From: the human T2T-CHM13v2.0 reference genome, Homo sapiens
Strand: one strand, 5' to 3'
Assembly (NCBI RefSeq): GCF_009914755.1
Contig: NC_060931.1
DNA length: 64,000 nucleotides
Shown here: positions 60,490 to 64,000 of the stretch, one piece after another
Layout of the letters: each line of letters starts with the position of its first letter
Numbering within the stretch: the stretch's first letter is position 1
Position numbers and translations under genes: made by a program
The notes under the pieces: model-generated
What the model was told of the DNA's origin: nothing
Databases searched by the model: none
What the model saw: the letters and a program-made list of their open reading frames with translations, nothing else

Positions 60490-61165
60490 CAGTCCTACCC
60501 TGAGACAAGAGGGTCCTCTGCCCTGGTCCCCATGTCTGGGAGCACTTGGCTCTGGTCCTCCAGTTGCTCTGTCCATGGAGGTGAGGGGTCCCTGGGCCCA
60601 GGTTATGTGTCCACTCAGAGCCTGTACCCCATCTGCCTATTTTCATACCATGTTCCAGGCACCCAGGGCCTTGGCATTCTCTGCACACCTGCCCCAAGGC
60701 AGGGTTCAGCACCTGCAAGGGTCTCCTTTCCAGGTGATTCTCTTGAAGACAGATGATGCCTCTGGAGTGAACAGCCCTAGACATAAGTGGTGGCCAGGCA
60801 GGTGCTGTATGCTATGGGGTTGTGGAAGGAGTATGGACTGAGCTGGGACATGCAGCTTGCGACTGCTACACAGATGAGCTTGAGACTCTCCTTGTGAGGA
60901 GAATTTTAATGCCAGCACAGAATTTTAATGATTTTGATAACTCTAAATTTAAACCTGGAGTTCTAGGCCATTAAGGAGATATGTTTTCCAATGAAAATGA
61001 TGAAATGAAATTTGAAGTTGCCAATAAAATGAAATTTCGGTTTGCCAATGAGATGAAAATATAAATCAACCAAATTTATTTGTAAATACATTACCTTGGG
61101 GCATGTGATATATGGGTCTCCATTTTTACTTATTCCTGGGTCCTGGAAATGTTAGTGGCAGCCTG
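60490..61165 (-). mobile_element. MER115-like hAT-Tip100 element
   Basis: Termini cagtcctaccc...caagagggtcctctgccctgg and gggtctccatttt...aaatgttagtggcagcctg; about 680 bp. Confidence 0.55.
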
Positions 61166-61964
61166 GTAAGCTATACCTGATATGAAGTTTAAGGGACATA
61201 GGTCTGAAGTTACTGGATATGTTAAATACAATTGTTTTGTATTCTTGCGTCTTACAATTTCCCACAATCCTGATTTATGCATTTATGGAAAGGATTCTAT
61301 GGACAGTGATATCTTCCCTGCCCTTTGGCATAGTTCTTGGTTGCTGGTATATGCACAATAAATATTGGACAAATTAATACATGTTATATGAAATCTTCTG
61401 GTCTTCTTTTGCACTTGGTTTTACATCTTACCATTATTTGCAATGCAATATTTTTAGCATTTCTTTTGTCTTGGATTTCTTTTGTGTGTTTGTGCTGTCC
61501 TGAATGTAAAGCTGTAGCATGGGCATTTGACAATTTGATTCTCTTACAACTCATACATTAGTTACAAAGGAATTTCAAATTCCAGGTGTAGATCAGAAAC
61601 GAGAAGATTTGGCCGATGGGTTTTTTTTCCATACACTGCAAATTATGCCATGTTCGATTAAAGTGGAATTGCACAATCAACTTATACCTAGGAAGGTCCT
61701 AAAGGAGACTGTGTACTCTTGTCAGGATCCCCACTGTGGTCTGTGTTGGCCTAAAGCAAGTTCTACCTACACTCTTCCTCTGAAAGTGACAATAGTGAGA
61801 CTTCCCTGTGGGCTCCAAGCAGACACTGGAGTTCCTGCTTCCTGTCTGACCCTTTGCCTCCTCCACCCATCAAATATAAATGAATTAAGGACTAACTGTA
61901 GCACTATTTAAAAATTTCAAAAAGAAAGTATGTAGTGTCTTTTTGAAAGAGGAAGACATATCCT

Positions 61965-62525
61965 TGAGGAAGGATTTTTTTTTAAAACAAAGAAAAAAGT
62001 GTTCACCATAAAATAAAATAATAGTACATTTAATTATTTTAACATATAGTGTTTATATCCACAAAAAGATAACTATAAAAGATGATGAATATGATCATTT
62101 GTTTGACAGTAGTAATCATTTCCCTATGTATATGCATATCAAAACATTATGTTCTATATTTTAAATTTATACAATAAAAATAATTTAAAAAGAATTTTTA
62201 TTCATGTAAAGACATCATAAAAATACAAATTCAAAAACTGAGAGAAGATAAACAGAACACACATAACTAATAAAGTATTGTTAGAATATATATTAAAATG
62301 TCTACAAAACAAGAAAAAGATAAAAATATAAAAATGGGCATAAGATGTAAGTGGACATTTTACTACAGATTGAAAAATCAAATGGACAATAAATATATGA
62401 TTATATATTGCATTTCATCATTGATTATTGGAAGAATTAAAGAACTTGATAATATTAAATGGTGGAAAGGATGATCACAGGAAGAACTTGTACTCATTGC
62501 TGATGGGAACATTAACTGGGATAAT
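61965..62525 (+). mobile_element. Ancient L1 fragments (L1M/L1ME with an embedded L1MA-type 3' piece)
   Basis: aaaaatgggcataagatgtaagtggacattt and actcattgctgatgggaac; gtaatcatttccctatgtatatgcatatcaaaacat. Confidence 0.6.
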
Positions 62526-62549
62526 TTTTTTTTTAGAAAAGATTCATGT

Positions 62550-64000
<1,451 letters not shown>

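Overview
Primate (probably human/hominoid) genomic DNA that is intergenic or deep-intronic and dominated by interspersed repeats. It holds a full-length minus-strand L1PA7-like LINE-1, older L1MB/L1PB/L1MA/L1M pieces, two twin-primed L1s, 11 Alu copies or fragments, about 20 LTRs (including LTR12F-like, MER11D-like, MER50B-like and a complete THE1C-like MaLR provirus), a decayed ERVL gag/pol relic, Tigger and hAT DNA-transposon fossils, and L2/MIR. I find no supportable protein-coding gene, RNA gene or CRISPR array, and the long ORFs in the track are repeat-derived. I do not see evidence for a new biological system. The most interesting signals are local repair or rearrangement scars: a ~105-bp templated copy inserted into an old L1, a perfect 26-bp direct repeat beside a 23-bp minisatellite, a tail-less internal L1 fragment, and a micro-inversion inside a MIR. 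There are also a few candidate regulatory and splicing elements. Subfamily names are recalled from consensus sequences, not from a search, and boundaries of old elements are approximate.
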